Below, piece by piece: positions 9,448 through 18,949 of a stretch of 64,000 nt of DNA (its first letter is position 1; the number at the start of each line of letters is the position of its first letter). Source of the DNA: a virus (taxonomy: Duplodnaviria; Heunggongvirae; Uroviricota; Caudoviricetes); the IMG/VR virus record IMGVR_UViG_3300032117_000012; one strand, 5' to 3'. Made by a program: the position numbers and the translations under genes. The notes under the pieces are model-generated. The model saw only the letters and a list, made by a program, of their open reading frames with translations, searched no databases and was not told the DNA's origin.

Positions 9448-10068
9448 TTATAGTATGGTAATACCAGTTGCTGGTAAATTTGTTATTTGGGAAGGCTGTT
9501 GTGATATCGATAGGTTATTTGTATTAAAATTAACAGGATTAGTTGTGGAGTAGTACGTATACGCAAAAGAAGCTGGAACAAGCACCAAGCTGTCCGTTGC
9601 AGCCCATGAAAAATTAATAGGACCGACTGATACAGGGAATATATCTTTAAATGTGGTTGTCATGATCGTTCCGCCATCTTGCCCAAATTGCGTAAGGGTT
9701 CCTTGCCCGATATAGCTATCGTGATAGTTTAAGAGCATAGCCCCTGATCCTGAATACGAGGGCATCACTAGATTTATCCAACTTTGTAAAAGTTCTAAAA
9801 TATTTCCAGATGCATCACAATAAAACATAAGATCTAAGTTGGAAAAATTCGTACCTGTAGCATATGGCATATCAATACCATATCCGAGACGTTTTGTAGA
9901 ATTAGTTTCGATACGTCTATTTGGCTGTTGGGCAGATGTACATAATAGATTAATACTTTGGGCAGATCCTTTAACACTACTAGGAGGATTTAGCATCATT
10001 TCAAAATGGGCTTCTCGTGCCAAACTTTGATTTGTTTGAGATAAGAATGTTTGGATATTGAATGACAT
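9448..10068 (-). CDS. putative virion structural protein
   Basis: 206-aa ORF, Ser/Thr/Asn-rich. Confidence 0.35.
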   Translation of the reverse strand: MSFNIQTFLSQTNQSLAREAHFEMMLNPPSSVKGSAQSINLLCTSAQQPNRRIETNSTKRLGYGIDMPYATGTNFSNLDLMFYCDASGNILELLQSWINLVMPSYSGSGAMLLNYHDSYIGQGTLTQFGQDGGTIMTTTFKDIFPVSVGPINFSWAATDSLVLVPASFAYTYYSTTNPVNFNTNNLSISQQPSQITNLPATGITIL

Positions 10069-10724
10069 TATTTCTTCCTTATGGGTTTAGCAGGTTTCTT
10101 TTGTTTCACGGATGACAACATAGCAGCAGAATCCTTCCAAACAGCAGCAGTAGTTGCTTTTTGGAATTTCTGAGTAGGTAACATCAATGCAATATCCCAT
10201 TCTTTAGGCTCAATGTATAAAAATTGGGATCTCACATGATCGTATAAATACATTTTAAAACATGGCTTGAATAATGAAAGATTAGATGCATTTTTTAAGG
10301 TTTGGTATGATATCATTAAACGAGTTGTATCATCATACTTTTTATTATTAGCTATCACATACAAAGCATCCATTAGTTTAGCCCTTAGCACTGGTTGAAG
10401 ATAGTGTAGGTTAATACCGTAGAATCCTCCGGGGAATGTTGCTACTGGAAATATAAGAGGGAATGCATCCCAATACGGAAGCTCATCTTTATGTTTAGCA
10501 TCATATGTGAACATATACATACGTCCCGGCATACATGTATTAGTGGCCAAAGCATTCCCAAATAGGTTATCTCTATTAGAAATCAATCTAGCAGCCCTAT
10601 AATTTAATGCCTTATTACGAAACCAATCTCTTGCCTCTTTAGATTTATTAGGAAGAATACCCAAATCAGCGGCTTTTTTAAGCATATTACTATAGATATA
10701 TTTACTGGTGGTAGTTGAAACCAT
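10068..10724 (-). CDS. hypothetical protein
   Basis: 218-aa ORF, basic C-terminus. Confidence 0.4.
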   Translation of the reverse strand: MVSTTTSKYIYSNMLKKAADLGILPNKSKEARDWFRNKALNYRAARLISNRDNLFGNALATNTCMPGRMYMFTYDAKHKDELPYWDAFPLIFPVATFPGGFYGINLHYLQPVLRAKLMDALYVIANNKKYDDTTRLMISYQTLKNASNLSLFKPCFKMYLYDHVRSQFLYIEPKEWDIALMLPTQKFQKATTAAVWKDSAAMLSSVKQKKPAKPIRKK

Positions 10725-10750
10725 TTAAAATCATTCCTCGTTTTATATAT

Positions 10751-11188
10751 TTAGTTGATAAACCCACTGTTCTTTTCTGTAGATATAACAAATATCCAGC
10801 CTCGTTCATCACAGAATTTTTTACATGCATTCCATTTCGCCTGATTGATCATATACGTAGAGGCTTCTTCTAGATATCTTTTAGTTTGACGTTTAGGTTT
10901 AACAGGAGGTTTGGTATACTTATCGGGTTTAATCTCCATTACAATTTTATCACCAGCTTTATTTTCTAAGTAAATATCTGGAAAATATCTATGGCTTTTT
11001 TGGTCAATAGGATTAAAGTATACAATAGAAAATTCCTCTGATGCCCATTTTAAAACAGAAGGATCTAAATCTAATCTACGGAATACTTGTAGTTCCCACC
11101 CAGAGCGATATATAATATTATTTGGATTGCCCATATATTTATCGGGATTCTCTGGGGTATAACGGCCTTTATAGGTTTTATAGTTCAT
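10751..11188 (-). CDS. PD-(D/E)xK nuclease-like small protein (TnsA-N-like fold suggested)
   Basis: FPDIYLE ... VMEIKP arrangement resembles the D...(D/E)xK catalytic core. Confidence 0.35.
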   Translation of the reverse strand: MNYKTYKGRYTPENPDKYMGNPNNIIYRSGWELQVFRRLDLDPSVLKWASEEFSIVYFNPIDQKSHRYFPDIYLENKAGDKIVMEIKPDKYTKPPVKPKRQTKRYLEEASTYMINQAKWNACKKFCDERGWIFVISTEKNSGFIN

Positions 11189-12111
11189 TTAATTTATCTC
11201 ACATAAATACTTTATCCAATATAATATTTATAGGGAAAGCCATGAGTTCAACCACTATTACTGACCCAAATGTAGTAAAACAATCTTACAAGCCATATAC
11301 TGGCTCACAATCGCATGTATTTCCGCCTGAATTAGCAAAATCTGCTAATTTTTTATCTATGAATATCAGATCATATCAAAATACTCCCGGAATAACTAGT
11401 GGAGGTTCTGCTCCTTCTGTATCAGGATATAATATTCACCTGCCTATACCATACGCAGGATTAGAAGATAATTTTCATATCGATTATGAAAATACTGCTA
11501 GAGATGTTTTAGGTGGTACAGCGGCTGCTGTTATGGCTGCGCTTCATAATAGAACAGTTGCAGGTGATCCCCATGCAGGATATATTTCTAGAGTAGAAGA
11601 TGGTATAAAAAATAGTTATTATGGTGAATGGGAGGGTATATCTGCCTTTGTGGGATCAGAACTTCACGGGGCTATTTTAAATAAAACTGGCACAATCGGG
11701 CAACAAGCTGTAGGACAAGCTGTTAATCCTAATATATCTGTCTTATTTAAAGGAATAGGTATTAGAACTCATTCGTTCCGATGGAAATTGGTAGCCAAAA
11801 ATTCTGCTGAATCTAATCAAATATACGGAATAATAAAACTTTTAAAAACGGCTGCTCTTCCATCTAGAAACGCTGGTAGTAGTTTTACTATCCTAGATTA
11901 TCCAGATGTTGCATTTTTATCTTTGAATGGCCCTCAGGGTAACGGATTAATTACATTTGCAGGTTTTGGTTGCTTTATCGAAGATATTCAGGTAAGCTAT
12001 GGTGGATCTACGAGTCCTGCATTCTTTTTAAATTCTAATGCACCAGTAGAAGTAGACCTTATGATATCATTTAGAGAACGTACTATTATAACATCGTCGG
12101 ATATATCATAA
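11122..12111 (+). CDS. baseplate/tail-tube associated structural protein (gp48/gp54-like candidate); probable start at ATG ~11242
   Basis: first gene of plus-strand structural operon; Gly/Ser-rich beta-type composition. Confidence 0.4.
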   Translation: MDCPYIYRDSLGYNGLYRFYSSFNLSHINTLSNIIFIGKAMSSTTITDPNVVKQSYKPYTGSQSHVFPPELAKSANFLSMNIRSYQNTPGITSGGSAPSVSGYNIHLPIPYAGLEDNFHIDYENTARDVLGGTAAAVMAALHNRTVAGDPHAGYISRVEDGIKNSYYGEWEGISAFVGSELHGAILNKTGTIGQQAVGQAVNPNISVLFKGIGIRTHSFRWKLVAKNSAESNQIYGIIKLLKTAALPSRNAGSSFTILDYPDVAFLSLNGPQGNGLITFAGFGCFIEDIQVSYGGSTSPAFFLNSNAPVEVDLMISFRERTIITSSDIS

Positions 12112-12707
12112 TGACAACGCCTTCTTATTTCGGAAATTTTCCTAATACAGTTTATAATGGAACAACTATTCCTAATATATTCATGCGAGTTAAATTTCTA
12201 GAAACGTTACGGCTGGCTTCATCTGTATATTATCCATATGTTATAGAAGAAGGAGAAACTGCTGATGGCATCGCATCTTGGTATTATGGTAGTCCCGTTT
12301 ATGATTGGGTAATTTACCTAGCAAATAATATCATAGATCCTTATAGTCAATGGCCCAAAACATCTGCTCAATTTTCAGATTATATTATTAAAACATATGG
12401 TAGTATACAAGCCGCTCAATCTGAAATATTATTCTATAGACGAGAGCCAGATATAGGATATCTATCTCCTGATGGTAGTCAATTTTCATCTTCTCCGCAA
12501 CAGGGATATAATGTTGTGGTAAATAATACAGATTTAAGAATAACTCCATCATCATATGCTACTATACAAGATCCGGCCAATTACTTTCCAGTATATGCGT
12601 ATGATTATGAGAATGAACTTAACGAAAATAAACGTAATATATCACTCATAGATAAAAGTCTATTACAACGAATTGTTTCTGAATTATCTGGATTACTAAA
12701 TGCCTAA
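12111..12707 (+). CDS. baseplate wedge protein, gp53-like with LysM-like segment (tentative)
   Basis: 198 aa (T4 gp53 is 196 aa); VYDWVIYLANNIIDPYSQW...YIIKTYG LysM-like motif; operon position. Confidence 0.35.
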   Translation: MTTPSYFGNFPNTVYNGTTIPNIFMRVKFLETLRLASSVYYPYVIEEGETADGIASWYYGSPVYDWVIYLANNIIDPYSQWPKTSAQFSDYIIKTYGSIQAAQSEILFYRREPDIGYLSPDGSQFSSSPQQGYNVVVNNTDLRITPSSYATIQDPANYFPVYAYDYENELNENKRNISLIDKSLLQRIVSELSGLLNA

Positions 12708-14139
12708 CAATACATATAATCCCGGATCCTTATCCAAGATATCCCTAATCATCACCAACTTTGATGGATCTAAACAAATAGACATATCTTCTATATTCGT
12801 TAATCTCTCTATTACTGAAGATATTTTCAAGAATACATTATACGGATCGGTTATTATCAAAGATGCAATCGGCCTTCTCGAAGGTGCGCCAAATAATCCA
12901 AATTTACAAGGCTTTCCTATAGTCGGAGAAGAATTCCTTTTGGTATCGTATACTCCGTTAAATCAAGATACAGTTAATTTAAGATTTATGGTATATTCTG
13001 TTGACGATATCGTATACGGAAAATCCAATTTTAAAAAACAGTACACCCTTAATTTCTGTAGTGAAGAACATCTGATCGATTCTACTACAGTGGTAATGAA
13101 AAGCTATACTGGCATTAATTCAGATAATGTTCAAAATCTATGTAAGGATTTCTTACAAATAGATAAGGTAGATATACCATATAAAGGACATGCAATTAAG
13201 AAATTCGATAAGATACAGCCGACCAGAGGCAACCAGAATGTTGTCATTCCTAGATTGCCGCCAATTCAAGCCGCACATTTTCTTGCCAGACGTTCTATTG
13301 CGGCAGATGCAGCGATGAATACAGGTACATACCTATTCTTTGAAAACTTTAAAGGATTTAATTTTTGTGATTTGGAATATCTTATCACCCAAGGAATAAC
13401 AAAATTTAATTCATTTGGTAAATATACTTCTCAGACAGATTATCATCCTATGGTATACAGATTCGAAGATCCTATTGTGGTTGGCTCTACCTCTAAACAA
13501 CCACAACTAAGAGAAATGAATGCCATTCAAGCAATGCATCAAAAACATTATTTTGATACTATTGAAAAATTAAAAAGAGGACTAATAGAATCCGATACAG
13601 TCCTATTCGATTATACCAAAGGAACTTATTCTCCTACCAGATATAGATATATAACTACTCTTGACAAAACCAATACCAATCAGGTTGGATTGGGTAATGA
13701 GACAGGAAACTCTTTTCCTACCAATAGTAATTCTTTTATGACATTTGCTACATCTAATAGCGATAATGTCGTTAAATATAGTAAATTTTTCATGATACCT
13801 AAAGATACAAGCCAACCAGACACATTTCTAGATACGATTTATCCTAACAGGGCATCATATTTTACAGGAATGGCCCAGAATATGTTTACTCTAGATACTT
13901 ATGGGAATACCAAAGTAAATGCAGGTGATGTCATTTATGCCACCATTCCGTCTAGTGTAGATAATTCTCCTAATAAATTTATTAGTGGCTATTATCTTGT
14001 TTGTACTATTCGACATATCATAAGTCAAACATATTATCATATGAAAATGGATATCTATAAGAATGCTGTTGACACAAAACTACCAACAATGGATTTACCT
14101 AAATCAAATACCACATCTAACACAGGAAATTCTAAATGA
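12700..14139 (+). CDS. baseplate hub/wedge structural protein (gp27-like candidate)
   Basis: 479-aa ORF immediately upstream of gp5-like genes, overlapping stops/starts. Confidence 0.35.
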   Translation: MPNNTYNPGSLSKISLIITNFDGSKQIDISSIFVNLSITEDIFKNTLYGSVIIKDAIGLLEGAPNNPNLQGFPIVGEEFLLVSYTPLNQDTVNLRFMVYSVDDIVYGKSNFKKQYTLNFCSEEHLIDSTTVVMKSYTGINSDNVQNLCKDFLQIDKVDIPYKGHAIKKFDKIQPTRGNQNVVIPRLPPIQAAHFLARRSIAADAAMNTGTYLFFENFKGFNFCDLEYLITQGITKFNSFGKYTSQTDYHPMVYRFEDPIVVGSTSKQPQLREMNAIQAMHQKHYFDTIEKLKRGLIESDTVLFDYTKGTYSPTRYRYITTLDKTNTNQVGLGNETGNSFPTNSNSFMTFATSNSDNVVKYSKFFMIPKDTSQPDTFLDTIYPNRASYFTGMAQNMFTLDTYGNTKVNAGDVIYATIPSSVDNSPNKFISGYYLVCTIRHIISQTYYHMKMDIYKNAVDTKLPTMDLPKSNTTSNTGNSK

Positions 14140-15107
14140 TTAGTGACCTTCAACATATTATGGGAGTAGATCATACTATATGGTATGTCGGAGTTGTAGA
14201 AAATAGAGATGATCCATTAATGTTAGGTAGATGTCAAGTTAGAATAATTGGTGTACACCCTGATGATAAAACATTAGTTCCTACCACAGATCTTCCATGG
14301 GCTATGCCAATTCTTCCTGTTAATGGATCACCGGCTTTTGCTGGCATGGGGCATTCTCCTGTAGGACCAGTTATTGGTACAACAGTTTTTGGTATATTTG
14401 CTGATGGTATAGAGCGCCAGCTTCCATATATGCTAGGAACGATTGCAGGCGGTGTAGGACACCTTGACGCAGGTTCTAGTGCATCACTAGGGGATACGTT
14501 ATCAGGCTTCGTAGCGGGCTTTATTCCCACAGCTGCATCAACTGGCATGATATCCCGTGGAGCATTCTATGCTAAATTTCTATTACAGAATTTAAATAAT
14601 GCAGGATTTAAAATAAAAGATTTTCATGCAGCGGCAATAATGGGAAATATTGCTGGCGAATCTGGTGTTCAAGCCGTGGTAGAAGGACATTTTGGGCATC
14701 CATCTGGCCCTCCTCCTATCAACAGTCATAATGTCGGATACGGATTTGCACAATGGACCAATAGTAGATTGGTTAATTATCTCAATTATTGTAGCCAACA
14801 TAATAAGAACCCTCAGAGCGAGGATGCTAATATGAGTTTTCTCATATATGAACTTACAGGATCATTTAAAGGTATGTTAAATGCGTTAGCATCTGGCGGT
14901 ACGCATAGTGCAGCTGGAAATCCTAACGGACCACATAATGTGGATAATATCATAGGGGCAACGTCCTATGTCCTAGGACAGTTTGAACGTCCTGCCTATA
15001 GATGTTTAGCCACTACAACACCTCGTCGCATAAATTATGCACAATTGATATGGGCTGGCATGAAAGGTACTGGCCAGCCAGTTAGTGGAACAGGAACCTA
15101 TTCATGA
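14136..15107 (+). CDS. baseplate central spike protein, gp5-like N-terminal OB-fold domain with a putative glycosidase-like segment
   Basis: VGVVENRDDPLMLGRCQVRIIGVHP resembles the gp5/VgrG OB-fold start; GYGFAQWTNSRL segment. Confidence 0.45.
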   Translation: MISDLQHIMGVDHTIWYVGVVENRDDPLMLGRCQVRIIGVHPDDKTLVPTTDLPWAMPILPVNGSPAFAGMGHSPVGPVIGTTVFGIFADGIERQLPYMLGTIAGGVGHLDAGSSASLGDTLSGFVAGFIPTAASTGMISRGAFYAKFLLQNLNNAGFKIKDFHAAAIMGNIAGESGVQAVVEGHFGHPSGPPPINSHNVGYGFAQWTNSRLVNYLNYCSQHNKNPQSEDANMSFLIYELTGSFKGMLNALASGGTHSAAGNPNGPHNVDNIIGATSYVLGQFERPAYRCLATTTPRRINYAQLIWAGMKGTGQPVSGTGTYS

Positions 15108-16903
15108 CAGATTTATCAAACACAATTAATAATATCATAACTTCTACAGAAATGGCAATAGTAGATATAGCATCAACAGATTTTCTTTCTGTTTTCGGTG
15201 GAGCAGGGAACTTATCTGTAAATAATCTAACCCAATATATTCAAAGTTTTACTAATACTATCCCCATTTCTACTGTAGAAACATATCCAACGCTTTCTTC
15301 CACTACTTCAGATGTAGACACTAATACAATATTATATAATCCAAACGTTAGTGTTAGAAGTGATATAACTGGATCAAATACATCTGCCAATGGAGTTGTT
15401 AATCCAACCACTAGATATGTCAATCCAATAGGTAATGAACCTCCTGTAGCGGGGCAGGTTAGCTATTATCCATATAATAAAGCTTATGTGAGTGAGTCAG
15501 GCCATCTTAAAGAAATAGACGATACTCCCGGTAATGAACGTTTGTTAGATCAGCATGTATCTGGTACATATCAGGAAATGAAGGCTTCAGGCGACCATGT
15601 TATCAAGGTGGTTGGTGACAGTTATACAATTGTTGCGGGCGCAGATCATATTACAGTTCAAGGTTCTATATTAGTTCATGGCGAACAAGAATGTAATATG
15701 AGAATAGGTGGTTCCATTAATATTATAACAGATGGAGGATGTAACTTAGTATCAAAGGGGGCACTAAGAGTTAGAGCTTCTAGTTTGGCTTTCGAATCCA
15801 CATCTGGTGATATTTCATTCCTATCTGCTGCCAATTTAACTATGACAGCCGCTGGATCCACTAATATTAAAAGTCAATCGACAGCTATCCAAAGTGATAA
15901 TATAACATCTATCAAAGCTGGGCAGAATTTGGTTATAGAAGCTCAAAAGATATCAGAACATTCTATGTCTGATATTGTCGCTCAGGCAAGCGGAGGAATT
16001 TATATGCAATCCCAAGGAGATACAGATATTATTTCTGGTGGCAAGACTGTATTAACAGGATCATCTATAGAAGTAGCCGGGATATTAAATGCACAAGGTC
16101 AAACTAATATGTTAGCGTCTGGTACTCCTGTTCAAGGACAAGGTTCAGCTAGTGGTAGTAGTCAATCCCCAGATCAATTTGTTCCAGCTCAATTATCTAA
16201 TGGATCTGGTATAACTGGATCTAACAATCCAGATGACGTTTATATGATGAATGATGATGATACCCAATCTGCAATGACAGCTATTCAAACAGGTCTTAAA
16301 AATGGTACTATCCAATCTGCGGATCTTATACCACCTGCGGCTGGTCAATCAGATGCGGCTGGTGCGCCTAATGTCAATTTTAATGCTATTCCAACTTCTA
16401 TTATTGCGCTGCCTAGTGGAGGTGCTTTAGATAATCTTCAGCTATCGCCTAATTTCACTTTGGGAAGACTTTCTAAACATGCTTTGGCAAGCCCTACATC
16501 AGTAGTAGCTCAACATGGGTTAAGTCAATTGCAGATGGTACAAAATCTTCAAATGTTAGCATTGAATTCTCTGGAATTAATTAAGAAAAAGTTTCCAGAC
16601 ATGCAGATTACAAGTGGATTTAGATTAGGAAGTTCTAATTCTCAACATGAACGAGGTATGGCATGTGATATGCAATTTGCATCTGCAAATGCAAATAGAA
16701 ATCAATACTTTACATATGCTCAATGGATACGAGATAATGTACCATACGATCAATTATTATTAGAGTATAAAAATTCTGGTACTAAATTACCATGGATTCA
16801 TATATCATATAATGGTGGAGGAAATAGACGCCAAGTATTAACCCTTTTTAACGGGCTAACACATGGGAGTGGGCTGATCGACCTTTCGGGTAGTTCTTCA
16901 TAA
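15104..16903 (+). CDS. tail spike/needle protein with beta-helical repeats and C-terminal peptidase M15-like domain
   Basis: repeats of the VVGDSYTIVAGADHITVQGS type; C-terminal ITSGFRLGSSNSQHERGMACD matches the SxHxxGxAxD zinc-binding motif of M15/VanY-type peptidases. Confidence 0.5.
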   Translation: MTDLSNTINNIITSTEMAIVDIASTDFLSVFGGAGNLSVNNLTQYIQSFTNTIPISTVETYPTLSSTTSDVDTNTILYNPNVSVRSDITGSNTSANGVVNPTTRYVNPIGNEPPVAGQVSYYPYNKAYVSESGHLKEIDDTPGNERLLDQHVSGTYQEMKASGDHVIKVVGDSYTIVAGADHITVQGSILVHGEQECNMRIGGSINIITDGGCNLVSKGALRVRASSLAFESTSGDISFLSAANLTMTAAGSTNIKSQSTAIQSDNITSIKAGQNLVIEAQKISEHSMSDIVAQASGGIYMQSQGDTDIISGGKTVLTGSSIEVAGILNAQGQTNMLASGTPVQGQGSASGSSQSPDQFVPAQLSNGSGITGSNNPDDVYMMNDDDTQSAMTAIQTGLKNGTIQSADLIPPAAGQSDAAGAPNVNFNAIPTSIIALPSGGALDNLQLSPNFTLGRLSKHALASPTSVVAQHGLSQLQMVQNLQMLALNSLELIKKKFPDMQITSGFRLGSSNSQHERGMACDMQFASANANRNQYFTYAQWIRDNVPYDQLLLEYKNSGTKLPWIHISYNGGGNRRQVLTLFNGLTHGSGLIDLSGSSS

Positions 16904-17066
16904 CGTCTTGTGCAGCTGCCCATGCAGTCTCAGCTTGCCTAGTATGGATGATAATATTTCCGATAGGATCACCCACAGATCCATGAATATCCTTGGCATA
17001 GACAGGATTAGAAATCAAGATAGTAATCGACATAATAAAATACTTCATGGTTGAACTCCTTATCAA
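16848..17066 (-). CDS. small secreted protein (signal peptide MKYFIMSITILISNPVYA; likely start ~17048)
   Basis: ORF with N-terminal signal-like segment, convergent with tail spike gene. Confidence 0.35.
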   Translation of the reverse strand: MIRSSTMKYFIMSITILISNPVYAKDIHGSVGDPIGNIIIHTRQAETAWAAAQDVMKNYPKGRSAHSHVLAR

Positions 17067-17106
17067 TTGATTTGGTATAACACCAATAGATTAATTATTG
17101 GTTATC

Positions 17107-17481
17107 TTATGCCAAAGAATTTTTGATGAAGTTATACCCCAAACCGAATTCATATTCGATATAATCATAGCCATAAAATTTAAATTGTTCTTCAAGTCCT
17201 TCTGCACAAATGAGGATTCGAATAGCGTCTTCACGACTATTGTTCATTGCATCACGAATAATCAGAATACGATTATTGAAATCAGCTTCCCGATTTTTTT
17301 GTTCAATCCGTTCACGTTCAATAGAAGCGTCAGAAATTTCACAAACTTCATCCCAAATTGCTTGCTTACCGTCATCATCAGCACTCTTCCACTGTTGCCA
17401 GAAATTAGAAGTAGGACGATATCCGTATGCATCCTTATGGATATCCGAAATAAGATTTTCATCAAAAGTGTGATTGGTCAT
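17107..17481 (-). CDS. hypothetical acidic protein
   Basis: 124-aa ORF; its 5' end and upstream region are duplicated at 17594..17667. Confidence 0.45.
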   Translation of the reverse strand: MTNHTFDENLISDIHKDAYGYRPTSNFWQQWKSADDDGKQAIWDEVCEISDASIERERIEQKNREADFNNRILIIRDAMNNSREDAIRILICAEGLEEQFKFYGYDYIEYEFGLGYNFIKNSLA

Positions 17482-17507
17482 AATGACTTCCTTTGCGTGA
17501 ATATCCT
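17396..17507. repeat. direct repeat copy 1 (start region of CDS 17107..17481 plus upstream)
   Basis: tgccagaaattagaa...tcaaaagtgtgatt..ataatgacttcctttgcgtgaatatcctc shared with 17594..17667; copy 1 has a 49-nt insertion. Confidence 0.7.
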
Positions 17508-17544
17508 CTTCTAATATATTTTAATTATAGTGTCAACATTTATT

Positions 17545-17895
17545 TTAAATTTTTGACTTCGATATAATCATATAGATAAAATCTAAAATCTTCTGCCAGA
17601 AATTAGAAATGATATTTTTATCAAAAGTGTGATTAATTATAATGACTTCCTTTGCGTGAATATCCTCATCCAAAAATATTAAATGAGGATTACCATTGTG
17701 CTTACACCATGCCAAAGCGACCTGTGCCTCATCGGATGTAGGTGATGATCTGGATCTAATTCTATCGACCGTTTCCAATAATTCTAATGCACCATCACGC
17801 ATCCATTTTGGTAGATCTTCATTTGTTGATTTATCCAATAGTCTTTGTCTAAACTCATTATAACGTTGAGTTTGTTTAATTTCTTCGTCTGTCAT
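17545..17895 (-). CDS. hypothetical protein; C-terminus derived from a duplicated N-terminus of the neighbouring gene
   Basis: 116-aa ORF ending IINHTFDKNIISNFWQKIL vs neighbour MTNHTFDENLIS...NFWQQW. Confidence 0.45.
   Translation of the reverse strand: MTDEEIKQTQRYNEFRQRLLDKSTNEDLPKWMRDGALELLETVDRIRSRSSPTSDEAQVALAWCKHNGNPHLIFLDEDIHAKEVIIINHTFDKNIISNFWQKILDFIYMIISKSKI
17594..17667. repeat. direct repeat copy 2, forms the C-terminus of CDS 17545..17895
   Basis: near-identical 15 + 52 nt blocks; ATG of copy 1 changed (ggtcat to aattat). Confidence 0.7.
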
Positions 17896-17908
17896 AAATT
17901 TTCCTTAA

Positions 17909-17940
17909 TAAAAAAGGGGAGAGATTTCTCCCTCCCCTTT
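17909..17940 (-). terminator. rho-independent terminator downstream of outer-membrane protein gene
   Basis: GGGAGA GATT TCTCCC hairpin flanked by A-run (T-run on minus strand). Confidence 0.55.
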
Positions 17941-17973
17941 CCCCGCCTATTCTAAATCAGCCCATGCTCTAAT

Positions 17974-18453
17974 TTAGAATCGTAGAGTTGCCGTAGCAGC
18001 TACAGCATTCTTATGGGTAGATCCCAAATCATGATATTGGTATTGGGCACCTACAGATACCGGACCAACAACATTAACCTCGACACCGCCAGTGAAAACA
18101 GCTCCCTTAATGGAACGAGCATTAAAATCACGGAAATTATCATATGCCGCACCAGCATAAAGAAGCGCATGGTTATTCAATTCGTAACCAACTCGGCCAC
18201 CAACGTTGATGTCAGAACGATCAAATACGTTTGACAACCCAGCTTCTACACCTACCGTAACAGGTCCGACAAGCTTTGCATCATATCCAGCTTCTACGCC
18301 ATAATTGAAACTATGGTTCGCAGGCACATTTGTAACATCCTGATAGCCAGCTGTCGCTGTCACACGAGGTCCAGTAAAGCTATCTGCCATAGCAGGAGTT
18401 GCAGCAAATGCAAGGACAGCTGTAGCGATAGCAAACAAAATAGACTTATTCAT
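17974..18453 (-). CDS. outer membrane beta-barrel protein (OmpX/Ail/Lom/OmpW-like small barrel) with signal peptide
   Basis: MNKSILFAIATAVLAFAATPAMA signal; alternating Gly/aromatic beta-strand pattern; C-terminal aromatic residue (LRF); visibly higher GC than flanks. Confidence 0.6.
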   Translation of the reverse strand: MNKSILFAIATAVLAFAATPAMADSFTGPRVTATAGYQDVTNVPANHSFNYGVEAGYDAKLVGPVTVGVEAGLSNVFDRSDINVGGRVGYELNNHALLYAGAAYDNFRDFNARSIKGAVFTGGVEVNVVGPVSVGAQYQYHDLGSTHKNAVAATATLRF

Positions 18454-18586
18454 ATATTCATTCCTTTAATAATATTAGTTTAGTTTAGACTTAAGCTCTT
18501 CTGCCTTGGCTTTCCATAAGGCTTGGAACTTAGGATTCTTTGCCCTTGCCATCAGGTCATAGAATTTCGAAATAGTTTCTATAGGG

Positions 18587-18949
18587 TTAAACATTTTTAT
18601 TTTCTCTGTTGTATTGTTCGACACTGCGCATGCCTGCGGGAGAAATAATTACTTGACCTCTTGCAGAATCTCCATAATCAGCAAAAGTCAACCAATGAAG
18701 ATTTTCTTTTCCTACAAGATTTACAAAATCGGCCATTACTTTTCGTGTCATTCTAGGCAGATCCCGATATACCCAATCGATTTTATCTGGAAAGCATTCA
18801 CGAACTAGAGAAGCTTCTAATTCATCAGACAGCTTCTTTAACTCTTGCATTTCTTCCTTTGTGAATGGATTATTACCAGCCATACAATTACACCTTTCGA
18901 TTCCACAATATACAAAACATTTCTTATTGATTAACTCGGGTCCATACAT
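18587..18949 (-). CDS. hypothetical protein
   Basis: 120-aa ORF. Confidence 0.4.
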   Translation of the reverse strand: MYGPELINKKCFVYCGIERCNCMAGNNPFTKEEMQELKKLSDELEASLVRECFPDKIDWVYRDLPRMTRKVMADFVNLVGKENLHWLTFADYGDSARGQVIISPAGMRSVEQYNRENKNV

